Shown one piece after another: positions 1-8,722 of a stretch of 46,435 nt of DNA (position 1 is its first letter; each line of letters begins with the position of its first letter). The notes below the pieces were generated by a model, which saw nothing but the letters and a program-made list of their open reading frames with translations, did not search any database and was not told the DNA's origin. The position numbers were made by a program, and so were the translations under genes. Source of the stretch: Flavobacteriales bacterium (GTDB lineage: Bacteria; Bacteroidota; Bacteroidia; Flavobacteriales_D; Parvicellaceae); the NCBI GenBank assembly GCA_024635865.1, contig JAGXIB010000086.1:1-46435 (forward strand), given 5' to 3'.

Positions 1-287
1 CATACTGTATTTAGAACATCTGCTACATCAAAAGCTTGCACTTCTGCACCTAATTTAGAATAGAAAACCATGTGCAAGAGTAAGTCTCCAATCTCTCCTT
101 TTATTTCTTCTAAATCTTTTTCAAGAATTGCATCTGTTAACTCATAAGTTTCTTCTATGGTTAAGTAACTTAAACTTTCAAAGGTTTGTTTTTTATCCCA
201 AGGACATTTGGCTCTTAACTCATCCATTATGGTTAGTAGTCGCTCAAATGCTTTTAGTTTTTCTTGAATAGAATTGTTTGCTTGCAT
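1..287 (-). CDS. mazG: Nucleoside triphosphate pyrophosphohydrolase MazG, N-terminal part (gene runs off the window start)
   Basis: Absent from the ORF track because it has no stop in the window. Reverse-strand ATG at 287..285 opens MQANNSIQEKLKAFERLLTIMDELRAKCPWDKKQTFESLSYLTIEETYELTDAILEKDLEEIKGEIGDLLLHMVFYSKLGAE... This carries the MazG EETYE and E..GDLL metal-binding helices. Confidence 0.8.
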   Translation of the reverse strand, partial: MQANNSIQEKLKAFERLLTIMDELRAKCPWDKKQTFESLSYLTIEETYELTDAILEKDLEEIKGEIGDLLLHMVFYSKLGAEVQAFDVADVLNTV

Positions 288-306
288 GGCACAAAAATAG
301 TTAAAC

Positions 307-341
307 AAAAAAGCCTCAACAAAGATTGTTGAGGCTTTTAA
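307..341 (-). terminator. Rho-independent terminator hairpin downstream of the 360..1001 gene (usable in both directions)
   Basis: Perfect 10-bp stem aagcctcaac (311-320) / gttgaggctt (328-337) with a 7-nt loop. A-run on one side and T-run on the other give a U-tract on either strand. Confidence 0.7.
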
Positions 342-359
342 ATATTTTTTTTATAAAAA

Positions 360-1001
360 CTATATTTTATCAAAAATAGTTAATAATGCGTAAATCATTC
401 CTGGTAAAAAAAACAATAAAGTTAAGATTAGAGCTATTACTGTTTTAGTTACATCCCAATCTGTATAGATTCCAACTGCAACGAAAGGAATTATTATTGC
501 TAAGATGATTAATAATATCATCATATCATCGCTTGTGTTCGATGAAGTATTTGATGAAGTATTTAAAATACTTTCATTTTTTAAAGCAGAAGTTACTTTC
601 TCTACTTTATTTTCTATTGCTTCAACTACTTTATTTTTTTCTTTAGTAGTATTCTTATTTGTAGAAACTTCTTTAACTGAACTTTCTTTTATCGCTAATA
701 CTTCCTTAATAGTTTCTTTAACAACTGTCTTATTTTTAGAAATTTTAGAAGTAGTTTCTTTTTCATTAACGATTTTCGTATCGTTCTGAATAGCATTATT
801 TAAAACTAAAACTTCTTGATTTTTATCTCCTTTTACTTTAATGTTATTCTTTCCTGTTTTATGAAAGCCTTTATTGTACTTTCTTTTTTGTAAAAAACCA
901 TTACTCACAACACTTTCTGAAGTGCTACACGATGAAAAGACCATAGCAAAAACATAAATAAATGCTAAGAAAATTGAGAACTTTGAGATTACTTGTTTCA
1001 T
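360..1001 (-). CDS. Membrane protein: lipoprotein-like signal, Lys/Glu/Thr/Asn-rich low-complexity linker, C-terminal YqaE/Pmp3-like two-helix domain
   Basis: N-terminus FAMVFSSCSTSE looks like a lipobox. The C-terminal ~55 aa (MMILLIILAIIIPFVAVGIYTDWDVTKTVIALILTLLFFLPGMIYALLTIF) resemble UPF0057/Pmp3 proteolipids. Confidence 0.6.
   Translation of the reverse strand: MKQVISKFSIFLAFIYVFAMVFSSCSTSESVVSNGFLQKRKYNKGFHKTGKNNIKVKGDKNQEVLVLNNAIQNDTKIVNEKETTSKISKNKTVVKETIKEVLAIKESSVKEVSTNKNTTKEKNKVVEAIENKVEKVTSALKNESILNTSSNTSSNTSDDMMILLIILAIIIPFVAVGIYTDWDVTKTVIALILTLLFFLPGMIYALLTIFDKI
541..564. repeat. Perfect 12-nt tandem duplication (gatgaagtattt x2) inside the 360..1001 CDS
   Basis: Positions 541-552 and 553-564 are identical. 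The repeat is in frame and encodes the NTSS-NTSS repeat of the linker. Confidence 0.9.
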
Positions 1002-1058
1002 TGTTTTGAATTATAATTATTGTTAAGCAGACAAAATTAATGAAATCTTTGATTAATG

Positions 1059-3329
1059 CTAATCTTTAAAGACTTCTGTTGTCAACACTAACCTTTTAAT
1101 TTTTGGGAAAGAATTAGCAAATATAGTTGCAGATTTTACTTGCTTACCTTCTAGTTGCTTAGTATCTATAGTAATGCTAACTACTCCACTCTCACCTGGT
1201 AATATTTTTTCTTTATCTATAGAAATTTTAGTACAACCACAAGCAGCTTCTAACCCCACTATATCCATAGGAGCATTACCTGTATTTTTAATTATAAAAT
1301 CGTGTTTAAGAACCTCACCTTGTTTCGTTTTACCAAAATCATATGTTCCAGTTCCCATAGAAAGTTCTGCATAGTCTCCTTCTTTCTCTAAAAAGGTAAC
1401 AGATTGTATTTCTATTTTACGTTCCAAAGCAGCATTTTTACTATACACAGAGTTTCTCTGATCATCAAAATTATCACTAACATTTGAACTTGCTGTATAT
1501 TCTCCAAAAGGTATTTTTACAAACGATAGGAACCCTCCATCTTTAGAAGTGTTATTTAAATAAGGTATAAATTCTCCGTTATTGTATTCGCTTAAATAAT
1601 TAATTAAACTAGAAATTCTTCGCTTAGTCAGGTTTACATTATATTCTGTTTTTGCTAAAGGACTAGCAAACCCCTTAATCGTTAATTCTATTTTCTGTCC
1701 TTTTTTTAATTCAAGGAGTAAAAGCTTAGTAAAAAGGTTTAAATCAGACACTCCTTTATCTATGTATTGCTTAAATAAATCGTCTATGTCTAATGCAGCG
1801 TCTAATGCTTCTTCATCTTTTAAACCCTTAGCATATTCTGCTTTATACTTAGGATGTAAATCAATATAAGAATCATAGATAGTCAAATAATTTAGGTCAA
1901 CTGTGGTATCCATACTTCTGGGACCTGGCCTGTCATTATGAAAATATAAAGTTACAGGTAAGTATTTATTCAAATCTTCTAAGGTTACAATCTCTCGTTC
2001 TTCCGATACCTTTTCTTCATTAGAGATGGTCACTTCATAAATATCATTACAACAAGTTGGTCCTTTTTTGAATAGGCTCCCTAATCGATTAGAAGTTAGG
2101 AATCCATTTCGTTTATCATTCTTCTCAGGGTATATGGTATAATATAAATCATTCCACTGCGTATTAACAGGAGCTAATAAATTTTCTGGGTCCTGTAAGT
2201 TTTCAGGTCTTCCTGAAGATTTGAAAACATCAAAACCTCCTTTCCCAAAATGCCAAGTAGAGCTAAAATATAAAGCATTGTCTACTGTATCATAAAAAGG
2301 AGTGACCTCATTATCAATTGAATTAACCAAACTTCCTGCATTAACTGGTTTAGAATAAGTTCCTCCGTCTAAAATCTTAGTATACCAAATATCTAATTGT
2401 CCTATTCCACCTTTTCTATTCGAAACAAAAAATAAATAGTCTTGACCTTCTATCTTACAGTAATTGGGCTGAGTTGTAGTTGCTCCAGATTCATTAACTC
2501 GTTCAGGAAGCTCTTTTGGAGCTGACCATGTCCCCTCAACTAACTTTGACGTCACTAATTTACAGTTATTTAAACTATCACATTGTGTATAGTATAACAA
2601 TCCTTCTTCTGAGTTAAAGCTGCTATTAGCATTATGATATTGTTCATTATTGATTAAAGCATTTATTAGCTCTGATTGCTTTACACTACTATCTGTTAAT
2701 TCCCCTTTGTAATGTTTTACTCTATATTTAGCATCTTTAACTTCTAATTCTTCCGAAAGGTTATTTGCTCTTAAGCTATTAAAATAGAGATCACTGTTAA
2801 CTATTGTAGCTCCAAATTCAGAATCTGTTGTATTTATGGTTGGACCAATATTCTTTACTGTAAAATGATCTGTAGAGTCATATTTTATTCGTTTAGCATA
2901 GTTACAAGATAATATTTCCTGTTTTGCTTTTAAATACTCGTATCCATTTTTATCTCTAATGTATTTTGATTTTACTTTTTTCCAAGTTTTATAAGCTTCC
3001 TTATATTCAGCGTTATATTTAAGCATTGTTGCCAACCAAAAAGCAGCATCTTTATATATTCTTCCTCCTTTATCTTTGTCCCATACTTTTTCATAATAAT
3101 ATGCCGCTTTAGGATAATTATTATACCTTCTTAATGCGTCTGCATATTTATACAAGACTTCTATTTTAGAAGAATCTTCTTTCAAGGCTCGTTCATAATA
3201 AATAGAAGCACCATAAAAATCTCCTGCCTTAGCATTTACATCTGCATAATCAATTAATTGTTTATAGCTTTGCCCATAGCCTATAAACATTGACCAAACT
3301 AGTGTTATTGAAATAGAGACTCCTTTCAT
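1059..3329 (-). CDS. Multidomain envelope protein: TPR repeats, TolB/PD40-like beta-propeller repeats, OmpA-like segment, C-terminal DUF1573 domain
   Basis: N-terminal TPR-like AxxYYEKAL repeats. The middle has PD40-like blocks (FFVSNRKGGIGQLDIWY, ALYFSSTWHFGKGGFDVF, GFLTSNRLGS). IELTIKGFASPLAKTEYNVNLTKRRISSLINYL is OmpA-like. The C-terminus HDFIIKNTGNAPMDIVGLEAACGCTKI...PGESGVVSITIDT is the DUF1573 pattern with its CGCT motif. Confidence 0.7.
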   Translation of the reverse strand: MKGVSISITLVWSMFIGYGQSYKQLIDYADVNAKAGDFYGASIYYERALKEDSSKIEVLYKYADALRRYNNYPKAAYYYEKVWDKDKGGRIYKDAAFWLATMLKYNAEYKEAYKTWKKVKSKYIRDKNGYEYLKAKQEILSCNYAKRIKYDSTDHFTVKNIGPTINTTDSEFGATIVNSDLYFNSLRANNLSEELEVKDAKYRVKHYKGELTDSSVKQSELINALINNEQYHNANSSFNSEEGLLYYTQCDSLNNCKLVTSKLVEGTWSAPKELPERVNESGATTTQPNYCKIEGQDYLFFVSNRKGGIGQLDIWYTKILDGGTYSKPVNAGSLVNSIDNEVTPFYDTVDNALYFSSTWHFGKGGFDVFKSSGRPENLQDPENLLAPVNTQWNDLYYTIYPEKNDKRNGFLTSNRLGSLFKKGPTCCNDIYEVTISNEEKVSEEREIVTLEDLNKYLPVTLYFHNDRPGPRSMDTTVDLNYLTIYDSYIDLHPKYKAEYAKGLKDEEALDAALDIDDLFKQYIDKGVSDLNLFTKLLLLELKKGQKIELTIKGFASPLAKTEYNVNLTKRRISSLINYLSEYNNGEFIPYLNNTSKDGGFLSFVKIPFGEYTASSNVSDNFDDQRNSVYSKNAALERKIEIQSVTFLEKEGDYAELSMGTGTYDFGKTKQGEVLKHDFIIKNTGNAPMDIVGLEAACGCTKISIDKEKILPGESGVVSITIDTKQLEGKQVKSATIFANSFPKIKRLVLTTEVFKD

Positions 3330-3862
3330 TAATTTAGGAGGGCTTTAATATTAGTCATTACTTTTACTGAAAGTTCTTCACACATTTCATTAAAAATTGT
3401 TTTATCAAATTCAGGAATACTTTCTTTATTTATCATATCAAATAAAACGGTATCCAAATATGGAGTTTTAAAATAATAGTCAATTCTAACAGTTGCGACA
3501 TTTACAACTGGACCACTAACTTCAATCTTAAACTCTTTAAAAGTTAATTCTTTTACGTTTAGAGCATAACTACAATTCTTATCTGTTATGCTTATTTTAT
3601 CTTCCTTCAGTAACTTCTCTAAAGATGTATTAAAATGGCTTTTTAAAAAGTTGGGTTGTTCATTCACTAATATCTTAATGTCCTCATCATTAGAAATATT
3701 AAAAACAGAATAGCCTAAAGGAAAACAAATTGACTTTGGAAAATTAATTGGAAATCTTGAGTTAGGCTTTGCTTTATTTTTATCTTTTTCTATAGAAGAA
3801 CCAGTTGTTGAACAGGAGATACAAAAACCTATAATAAGGAAGTAAATATAATTTTTCATCAT
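3329..3862 (-). CDS. Hypothetical lipoprotein, translationally coupled to the TPR/PD40 gene
   Basis: Signal plus lipobox IGFCISCSTTG. Its stop TAA overlaps the downstream ATG by 1 nt (TAATG at 3327-3331). I recognise no family. Confidence 0.6.
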   Translation of the reverse strand: MMKNYIYFLIIGFCISCSTTGSSIEKDKNKAKPNSRFPINFPKSICFPLGYSVFNISNDEDIKILVNEQPNFLKSHFNTSLEKLLKEDKISITDKNCSYALNVKELTFKEFKIEVSGPVVNVATVRIDYYFKTPYLDTVLFDMINKESIPEFDKTIFNEMCEELSVKVMTNIKALLN

Positions 3863-3911
3863 TATACCAAATATACTAGATTTACACTAAATAGCTTTAC
3901 CTAAAAGACAT

Positions 3912-3943
3912 AAAAAAAGCGACACTATGATTAGTGTCGCTTT
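3912..3943 (-). terminator. Rho-independent terminator after the cyclophilin gene
   Basis: Stem gcgacact (3919-3926) / agtgtcgc (3933-3940) with a 6-nt loop. It is followed on the minus strand by a T7 run (plus-strand A-run 3912-3918). Confidence 0.75.
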
Positions 3944-3966
3944 AATATCATTCGTTTCAATGCTAA

Positions 3967-4398
3967 TTAAACCATTTCAATGCTATTAATTTTATCTCCT
4001 TCACGTATATCGTCTATTACATCTAGACCTTCTACCACTTTTCCAAAACAAGTATGATTTCTATCTAAGTGAGAAGTATTGGTTCTGCTGTGACAGATAA
4101 AAAATTGAGAACCTCCAGAATTTCTTCCAGCATGAGCCATTGACAAAACTCCTCTATCATGGTATTGGTTCTCTCCATCTAATTCACAATCGATAGTATA
4201 ACCTGGCCCACCAGATCCTGTTCCATCAGGACACCCTCCTTGTATAACAAAGTCTGGTAATACCCTATGAAAATTTAATCCATTGTAATATCCTTTTTCT
4301 ATTAATGTAACGAAGTTCTCTACTGTTTTTGGAGCATCTTTCTCGTAGAACTCTACTGTCATATCTCCTTTTCCTGTATGTATAATTGCTTTTTTCAT
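3967..4398 (-). CDS. Peptidyl-prolyl cis-trans isomerase, cyclophilin type
   Basis: FHRVLPDFVIQGGCP, GTGSGGPGY and SGGSQFFICH are cyclophilin signatures. Confidence 0.92.
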   Translation of the reverse strand: MKKAIIHTGKGDMTVEFYEKDAPKTVENFVTLIEKGYYNGLNFHRVLPDFVIQGGCPDGTGSGGPGYTIDCELDGENQYHDRGVLSMAHAGRNSGGSQFFICHSRTNTSHLDRNHTCFGKVVEGLDVIDDIREGDKINSIEMV

Positions 4399-4404
4399 CT
4401 AATT

Positions 4405-4734
4405 TTATTTTTGTTTAAAAGGTTCTTCAGCTTGCAAAGGTAAGAAGTTTTTACCTATTCCTAAGAATTTATAGGGCTCTTGTTTATCCAAATTAACTTC
4501 GTAAAGCGTAAATAAGTAATAATTTTCTTTACTGGTTAAATCTTGTGTTAGCTTACTTCCAACTTCTACAGCTAAATCGCCTAAAATACTTTTTAGTTTT
4601 GAAGCCTCTTTTTCACTTCCTTTAATTCGGCTAGCAATATAGTTTTCACGATAAATTGTAAACTCTTCCTCTGTTGGATTGGTAAAATATAACGCTATTC
4701 CTATGATGATTAATAATATTAATAATTTCTTCAT
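4405..4734 (-). CDS. Small membrane-anchored protein (DUF4359-like)
   Basis: N-terminal TM helix KKLLILLIIIGIALYF. The NYYLFTLYEV...FLGIGKNF pattern is remembered from DUF4359. Sits 6 nt upstream of the cyclophilin gene. Confidence 0.5.
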   Translation of the reverse strand: MKKLLILLIIIGIALYFTNPTEEEFTIYRENYIASRIKGSEKEASKLKSILGDLAVEVGSKLTQDLTSKENYYLFTLYEVNLDKQEPYKFLGIGKNFLPLQAEEPFKQK

Positions 4735-4922
4735 GAAATGTTTTTGTTAAATATCCTTAAGAAACAAAATTAAAAAAAATGTAAGTAATAATAACACACC
4801 TTTGGTTTTTAGATCTAATGTTTATTAACACTTCTAGTAGGTAATGAACATAGATATAATCCCCTTATCTTTTTCCCAATTATATTTTGTTTCTTTGTAT
4901 AAATAAATAATTAGAATTTAAA

Positions 4923-5579
4923 ATGAAACACCTTATAGCTCCTTCTCTATTGGCTGCAGATTTCGGAAATTTACAAGCTGAATGTGAAATGATCAATAAT
5001 AGTGATGCAGATTGGTTTCACCTAGATATTATGGATGGAATGTTTGTTCCAAATATTTCATTTGGAATGCCAGTAATTAAAGCCATTAATAAACATACTT
5101 TAAAACCTTTAGATGTACATTTAATGATTGAAAATCCTGATCGTTATATTAAAGACTTTAAAGAGGCTGGAGCAAATATTCTAACTGTACATTATGAAGC
5201 CTGCCCCCATTTACATAGAACGCTTCAAGCTATTAAAGCTGAAGGAATGAAAACTGGAGTGGCTTTAAACCCTCACACCTCTATTGATTTATTAGAACCA
5301 ATCTTGGAAGATATCGACTTAGTTTGTATCATGAGTGTTAATCCTGGTTTTGGAGGACAATCTTTCATTGAAGGAACATACAGAAAAGTAGCTAAATTAA
5401 AAGAGTTAATCACAAAATATAACTTAGACACTAAGATTGAAATTGATGGTGGAGTGACCTCCGAAAATGCAAAAATGCTCCTAGAGGCAGGAGCTGATGT
5501 TTTAGTTGCTGGAAGTTTTGTTTTTAAATCAAAAAACCCAACTCAAACAATTAAAGAGTTAAAAGAAATTATTTTATAA
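4923..5579 (+). CDS. rpe: Ribulose-phosphate 3-epimerase
   Basis: PSLLAADF, HLDIMDGMFVPN, MSVNPGFGGQSF and IEIDGGV are canonical Rpe motifs. Confidence 0.95.
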   Translation: MKHLIAPSLLAADFGNLQAECEMINNSDADWFHLDIMDGMFVPNISFGMPVIKAINKHTLKPLDVHLMIENPDRYIKDFKEAGANILTVHYEACPHLHRTLQAIKAEGMKTGVALNPHTSIDLLEPILEDIDLVCIMSVNPGFGGQSFIEGTYRKVAKLKELITKYNLDTKIEIDGGVTSENAKMLLEAGADVLVAGSFVFKSKNPTQTIKELKEIIL

Positions 5580-5591
5580 TAATAGATAAAC

Positions 5592-6101
5592 ATGATTACA
5601 ATCATTGCAGGAACAAATAGACCTGGTAGTAACTCTGAAAAGATTGCTAATTTTTACAACAAATACACACCTGAAGAGAGTCAAGTTCTTTGTCTAAAAG
5701 ATTTACCTAGAGATTTTGTTTTTACTGACACTTATGGAGAAGGTTCTACAGAATTCAATAAAATTGTTAATGATAAAATTGTTAATGCTGATAAGTTTAT
5801 ATTTATTATCCCTGAATACAATGGAGGATTTCCGGGTATTTTAAAAGCTTTTATTGACGCTGTGCATCCAAAGAATTTCCATAACAAGAAAGCAGCATTG
5901 GTTGGTTTATCTTCTGGTCATACAGGTGCCTTAAGACCATTAGACCAATTTTCAGATATTTTGCACTATTTAAAAGTTGAAGTATTATCTGCTAAACCAA
6001 AATTATCTGGAGTAGAACTACTGATAAAAGAAGATCAATTGATAGATGAAAGGGCTTTAAGTTTATTAAATGATCAAATTGATCGATTTTCTAAATTTTA
6101 G
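5592..6101 (+). CDS. NAD(P)H-dependent FMN reductase-family oxidoreductase
   Basis: Flavodoxin-like IIAGTNRPGSNS and IIPEYNGGFPGILKAFID motifs typical of the FMN_red family. Confidence 0.75.
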   Translation: MITIIAGTNRPGSNSEKIANFYNKYTPEESQVLCLKDLPRDFVFTDTYGEGSTEFNKIVNDKIVNADKFIFIIPEYNGGFPGILKAFIDAVHPKNFHNKKAALVGLSSGHTGALRPLDQFSDILHYLKVEVLSAKPKLSGVELLIKEDQLIDERALSLLNDQIDRFSKF

Positions 6102-6270
6102 TTTTAAGCATGACCTTTTTTAAAAGATAATAAGGTCGAGCTAGAAGTTGATCCTGAGCAAAGTCGAAGCGATTTATCTTTTTTCACATTCTCCTCTTGT
6201 AGAAATTGATTCTAATAACGCTAAAAAAAGAATGCCACTTCTATCTCTCATGCAATAATAAAAATAATAA

Positions 6271-6843
6271 ATGTACAAAGGAAAAGAACCCATAAAAGGA
6301 ATAAAGGATACACGTATCTTAGACTTTTGGCAATGGACTTATTCCGACATCTTAATTAATAAAAATAGGGATGATTTAAGTTTATTTCTAATTGCAAAAG
6401 CGTTGGAATTAACTAACATGCCCCGAATAGATTGGCAAGGGTGTGAACTCCGTTATAGAAAGAAAAAAATTGCAGTAAAGACTTCAGGTTATATACAAAG
6501 TTGGAAACAGACTAAACCAAAACGAGTATTGTACGACATTGCCCCTAAAAAAGGAATAGATGCTAAACAAAGTAATTCTATGACGTTTAGAAACCGAGAA
6601 GCTGAACTCTATATTTTTGCCTTATCTACCGAAAAAGATGTAGCAAAAATGGATATTCTAAACCTAGAACAATGGCGTTTTTATATTGTACGAACTACTG
6701 TACTGGATGATGAATTTGAAACAAAAAAGAAAATAGGAATCCGTGCACTTAATAAATTAGCAACTCCAATTCATCATAGCCGACTAAAAGAACAAATTGA
6801 TATCCTAATTGATTTAGAGTTAACAGAGCGGATGGTGCTGTGA
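6271..6843 (+). CDS. Hypothetical protein, possibly a degenerate PD-(D/E)xK nuclease-fold protein
   Basis: The pattern FLIAKAL...W.GCEL...KKIAVKTSGYIQSW...AELYIFAL...LNLEQWRFYIV resembles an uncharacterised family remembered as YDL...IEVKSS.YLQSW...ADVYVFCLL...LDQWEFYVL. The usual acidic residues are replaced here. Confidence 0.4.
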   Translation: MYKGKEPIKGIKDTRILDFWQWTYSDILINKNRDDLSLFLIAKALELTNMPRIDWQGCELRYRKKKIAVKTSGYIQSWKQTKPKRVLYDIAPKKGIDAKQSNSMTFRNREAELYIFALSTEKDVAKMDILNLEQWRFYIVRTTVLDDEFETKKKIGIRALNKLATPIHHSRLKEQIDILIDLELTERMVL

Positions 6844-6861
6844 TATGTTCATTTAAAGTAG

Positions 6862-7842
6862 TTAGAAGAAAAAATCAACCTCCTCATCCAATTTAAATCC
6901 ATTCAAAAAAGACTTAATATCTATTCGTTTTTTACCTGGTAATTGAATCGATATAATAGAAACATTGCCCTCTTTACAGCCAACATTTAAAAAGGTTTTG
7001 TTATCAGTTTTTATTTTTCCAACAGCCAATTGCTCTACCGCGACCTCTACTCCATCAACTAGTTTAACTTTTTCTGTTATTCTAGTTTCAAAAACTTTGG
7101 CTACTACTTGTTTACCCTTAAATGTAAAATTAGACCAAGCTACAGGATATGGACTTAATCCTCGTACTAAATCATGCACTTCTTGAGCTGATTTATTCCA
7201 ATCTATTTGACAGGTTTCTTTAAAAATCTTCGGAGCAGGTTTTTCATCCCCTTTTATCAATTCGTTTTGTGGAATTCCATTTCCTTCTCCTACTTCTATT
7301 TTATCCAACGTTCCAACTAATGTTTTTGCTCCAACGATCATTAATTCGTCATGTAATTCTCCAGCAGTTGTATTTTCTCCAATAGGTAACTTAGCAATGT
7401 CTATAACTTCGCCAGTATCTATTTCTTTTTCGATAAAAAAAGTAGAAGCTCCTGTTTCTTTATCCCCATTAATTATGGCCCAATTTAAAGGAGCAGCTCC
7501 TCTATAATTTGGTAGAATAGATCCGTGTAAATTAATGGTCCCTTTTGGAGGCATAGCCCAAACAACTTCTGGTAACATTCTAAAGGCAACCACAACAAAT
7601 AAATCTGCGTTCAATGCTTTTAATTCTAAAAGAAACTCTTCGTTTTTAAATTTCTCGGGTTGCAATAAAGTCAAGTTGTTTTCTAAAGCATATGTTTTTA
7701 CTGGTGAGACAGAAACTTTCTGACCCCTACCCGATTTTTTGTCAATATTAGTAACAACACCTACTACTTCATGCTTACTTTTATTAATCGCATCTAAACT
7801 TGCAACAGCAAAATCTGGGGTTCCCATAAAAACTACTTTCAT
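6862..7842 (-). CDS. fmt: Methionyl-tRNA formyltransferase
   Basis: MKVVFMGTPDFAV and HGSILPNYRGAAPLNWAI. I placed the start at the internal ATG (7842..7840), which aligns with the Fmt N-terminus. The track ORF extends 10 codons further upstream to 7872. Confidence 0.92.
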   Translation of the reverse strand: MKVVFMGTPDFAVASLDAINKSKHEVVGVVTNIDKKSGRGQKVSVSPVKTYALENNLTLLQPEKFKNEEFLLELKALNADLFVVVAFRMLPEVVWAMPPKGTINLHGSILPNYRGAAPLNWAIINGDKETGASTFFIEKEIDTGEVIDIAKLPIGENTTAGELHDELMIVGAKTLVGTLDKIEVGEGNGIPQNELIKGDEKPAPKIFKETCQIDWNKSAQEVHDLVRGLSPYPVAWSNFTFKGKQVVAKVFETRITEKVKLVDGVEVAVEQLAVGKIKTDNKTFLNVGCKEGNVSIISIQLPGKKRIDIKSFLNGFKLDEEVDFFF

Positions 7843-8101
7843 ACCTCTATTCTTAATTAATTGATACTTCAAAAGTAAGATTTTATCTAGGAAGTAATTG
7901 AAAGTCTACTAAATATTTTAAACTTTCTCATTTATTCCTTAGACTAATAAACCGAATTATTTTGAGGTCTTTTTCTTGATTAAACGAAAGAAATAAGCCC
8001 AGGTAAAAGTCACCCCATGAAATTATATGGCCTAAAAAATAAAAAGGGATACAAAACTATATCTATTGAGTATCTTTGCATTTTTAATAATTAAAAATAT
8101 C

Positions 8102-8650
8102 ATGAAGTTAGCTCCCTTTTTCATCCTAGTTCTACTATCTGTTTTTGTCTTTTCTTGTATTGAAGAATTACCAACAAAACCTGAGAAAAGAATGACTATA
8201 GAATCTATTCTGGAAGAATACCAACTATGTAATGAAGATGAATCCTCTTCTTTTTGTAAAACTTTTACTGCAAGAGCTATTTGTGAATACAATGGAGTTG
8301 ATGATTTAAAAGTTAATAATGAATTTGTTGATTATCATGATATCCATAATATTATTATCAAAGACAATACTTGGAAAAATTTAGGATTAGCCAACTCCCA
8401 AGAAGCCCTTGACAACTCTCAGTTAATGGCAAATAAGGGATTTCCAGTTGTTGCAATTGACACTCAGGATAAGCATAAATTTAGTGTCTTAATTCTACAA
8501 GGAGAACAAGCTAAATCCAGAAAATGGAATTTAAATGTCCCAAAATGCGCTGCTTTCTTCCCGACTAATTATAAACGCTCTTTTATAAACAAGACCATGA
8601 ATTATGCTTGGAAGAGCCCAGAAGGGATTCAGTTGTGGGTAAGGAAATAA
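8102..8650 (+). CDS. Hypothetical lipoprotein
   Basis: From ATG 8102 the protein reads MKLAPFFILVLLSVFVFSCIEE, a signal plus lipobox. The track ORF begins 12 codons earlier. No recognisable family. Confidence 0.55.
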   Translation: MKLAPFFILVLLSVFVFSCIEELPTKPEKRMTIESILEEYQLCNEDESSSFCKTFTARAICEYNGVDDLKVNNEFVDYHDIHNIIIKDNTWKNLGLANSQEALDNSQLMANKGFPVVAIDTQDKHKFSVLILQGEQAKSRKWNLNVPKCAAFFPTNYKRSFINKTMNYAWKSPEGIQLWVRK

Positions 8651-8722
8651 AACTCCTCGAAATCACTCATAACATTTCATATTGAAAAAACACTCGAAGT
8701 AACTTACTTAATAATAAACACT

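Noticed and set aside
6107-6139. A hairpin, gacctt-N14-aaggtc, after the FMN reductase-family gene that could be a terminator.
   Set aside because: The stem is 6 bp with a 14-nt loop and has no following T-tract, so it is too weak to call.
6271-6843. The nuclease-fold-like ORF as an anti-phage defence system.
   Set aside because: It is a single gene with no partner (no ATPase, methylase, helicase, toxin-antitoxin mate or similar), and its putative catalytic positions look degenerate. There is no evidence for a defence island in this window.
7843-7872. N-terminal extensions in the ORF track: fmt to 7872, rbfA from 11783, ridA from 15118 and the lipoprotein from 8066.
   Set aside because: Internal ATGs at 7842, 11801, 15148 and 8102 give N-termini that match the conserved family starts or a proper signal peptide. 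The extensions add non-conserved residues, and two of them begin at TTG.
8017-8094. A 25-codon ORF (MKLYGLKNKKGYKTISIEYLCIFNN) in the fmt/lipoprotein spacer.
   Set aside because: It is short, has no signal or motif, and overlaps the likely promoter and 5' region of the 8102 gene. Nothing indicates that it is expressed.
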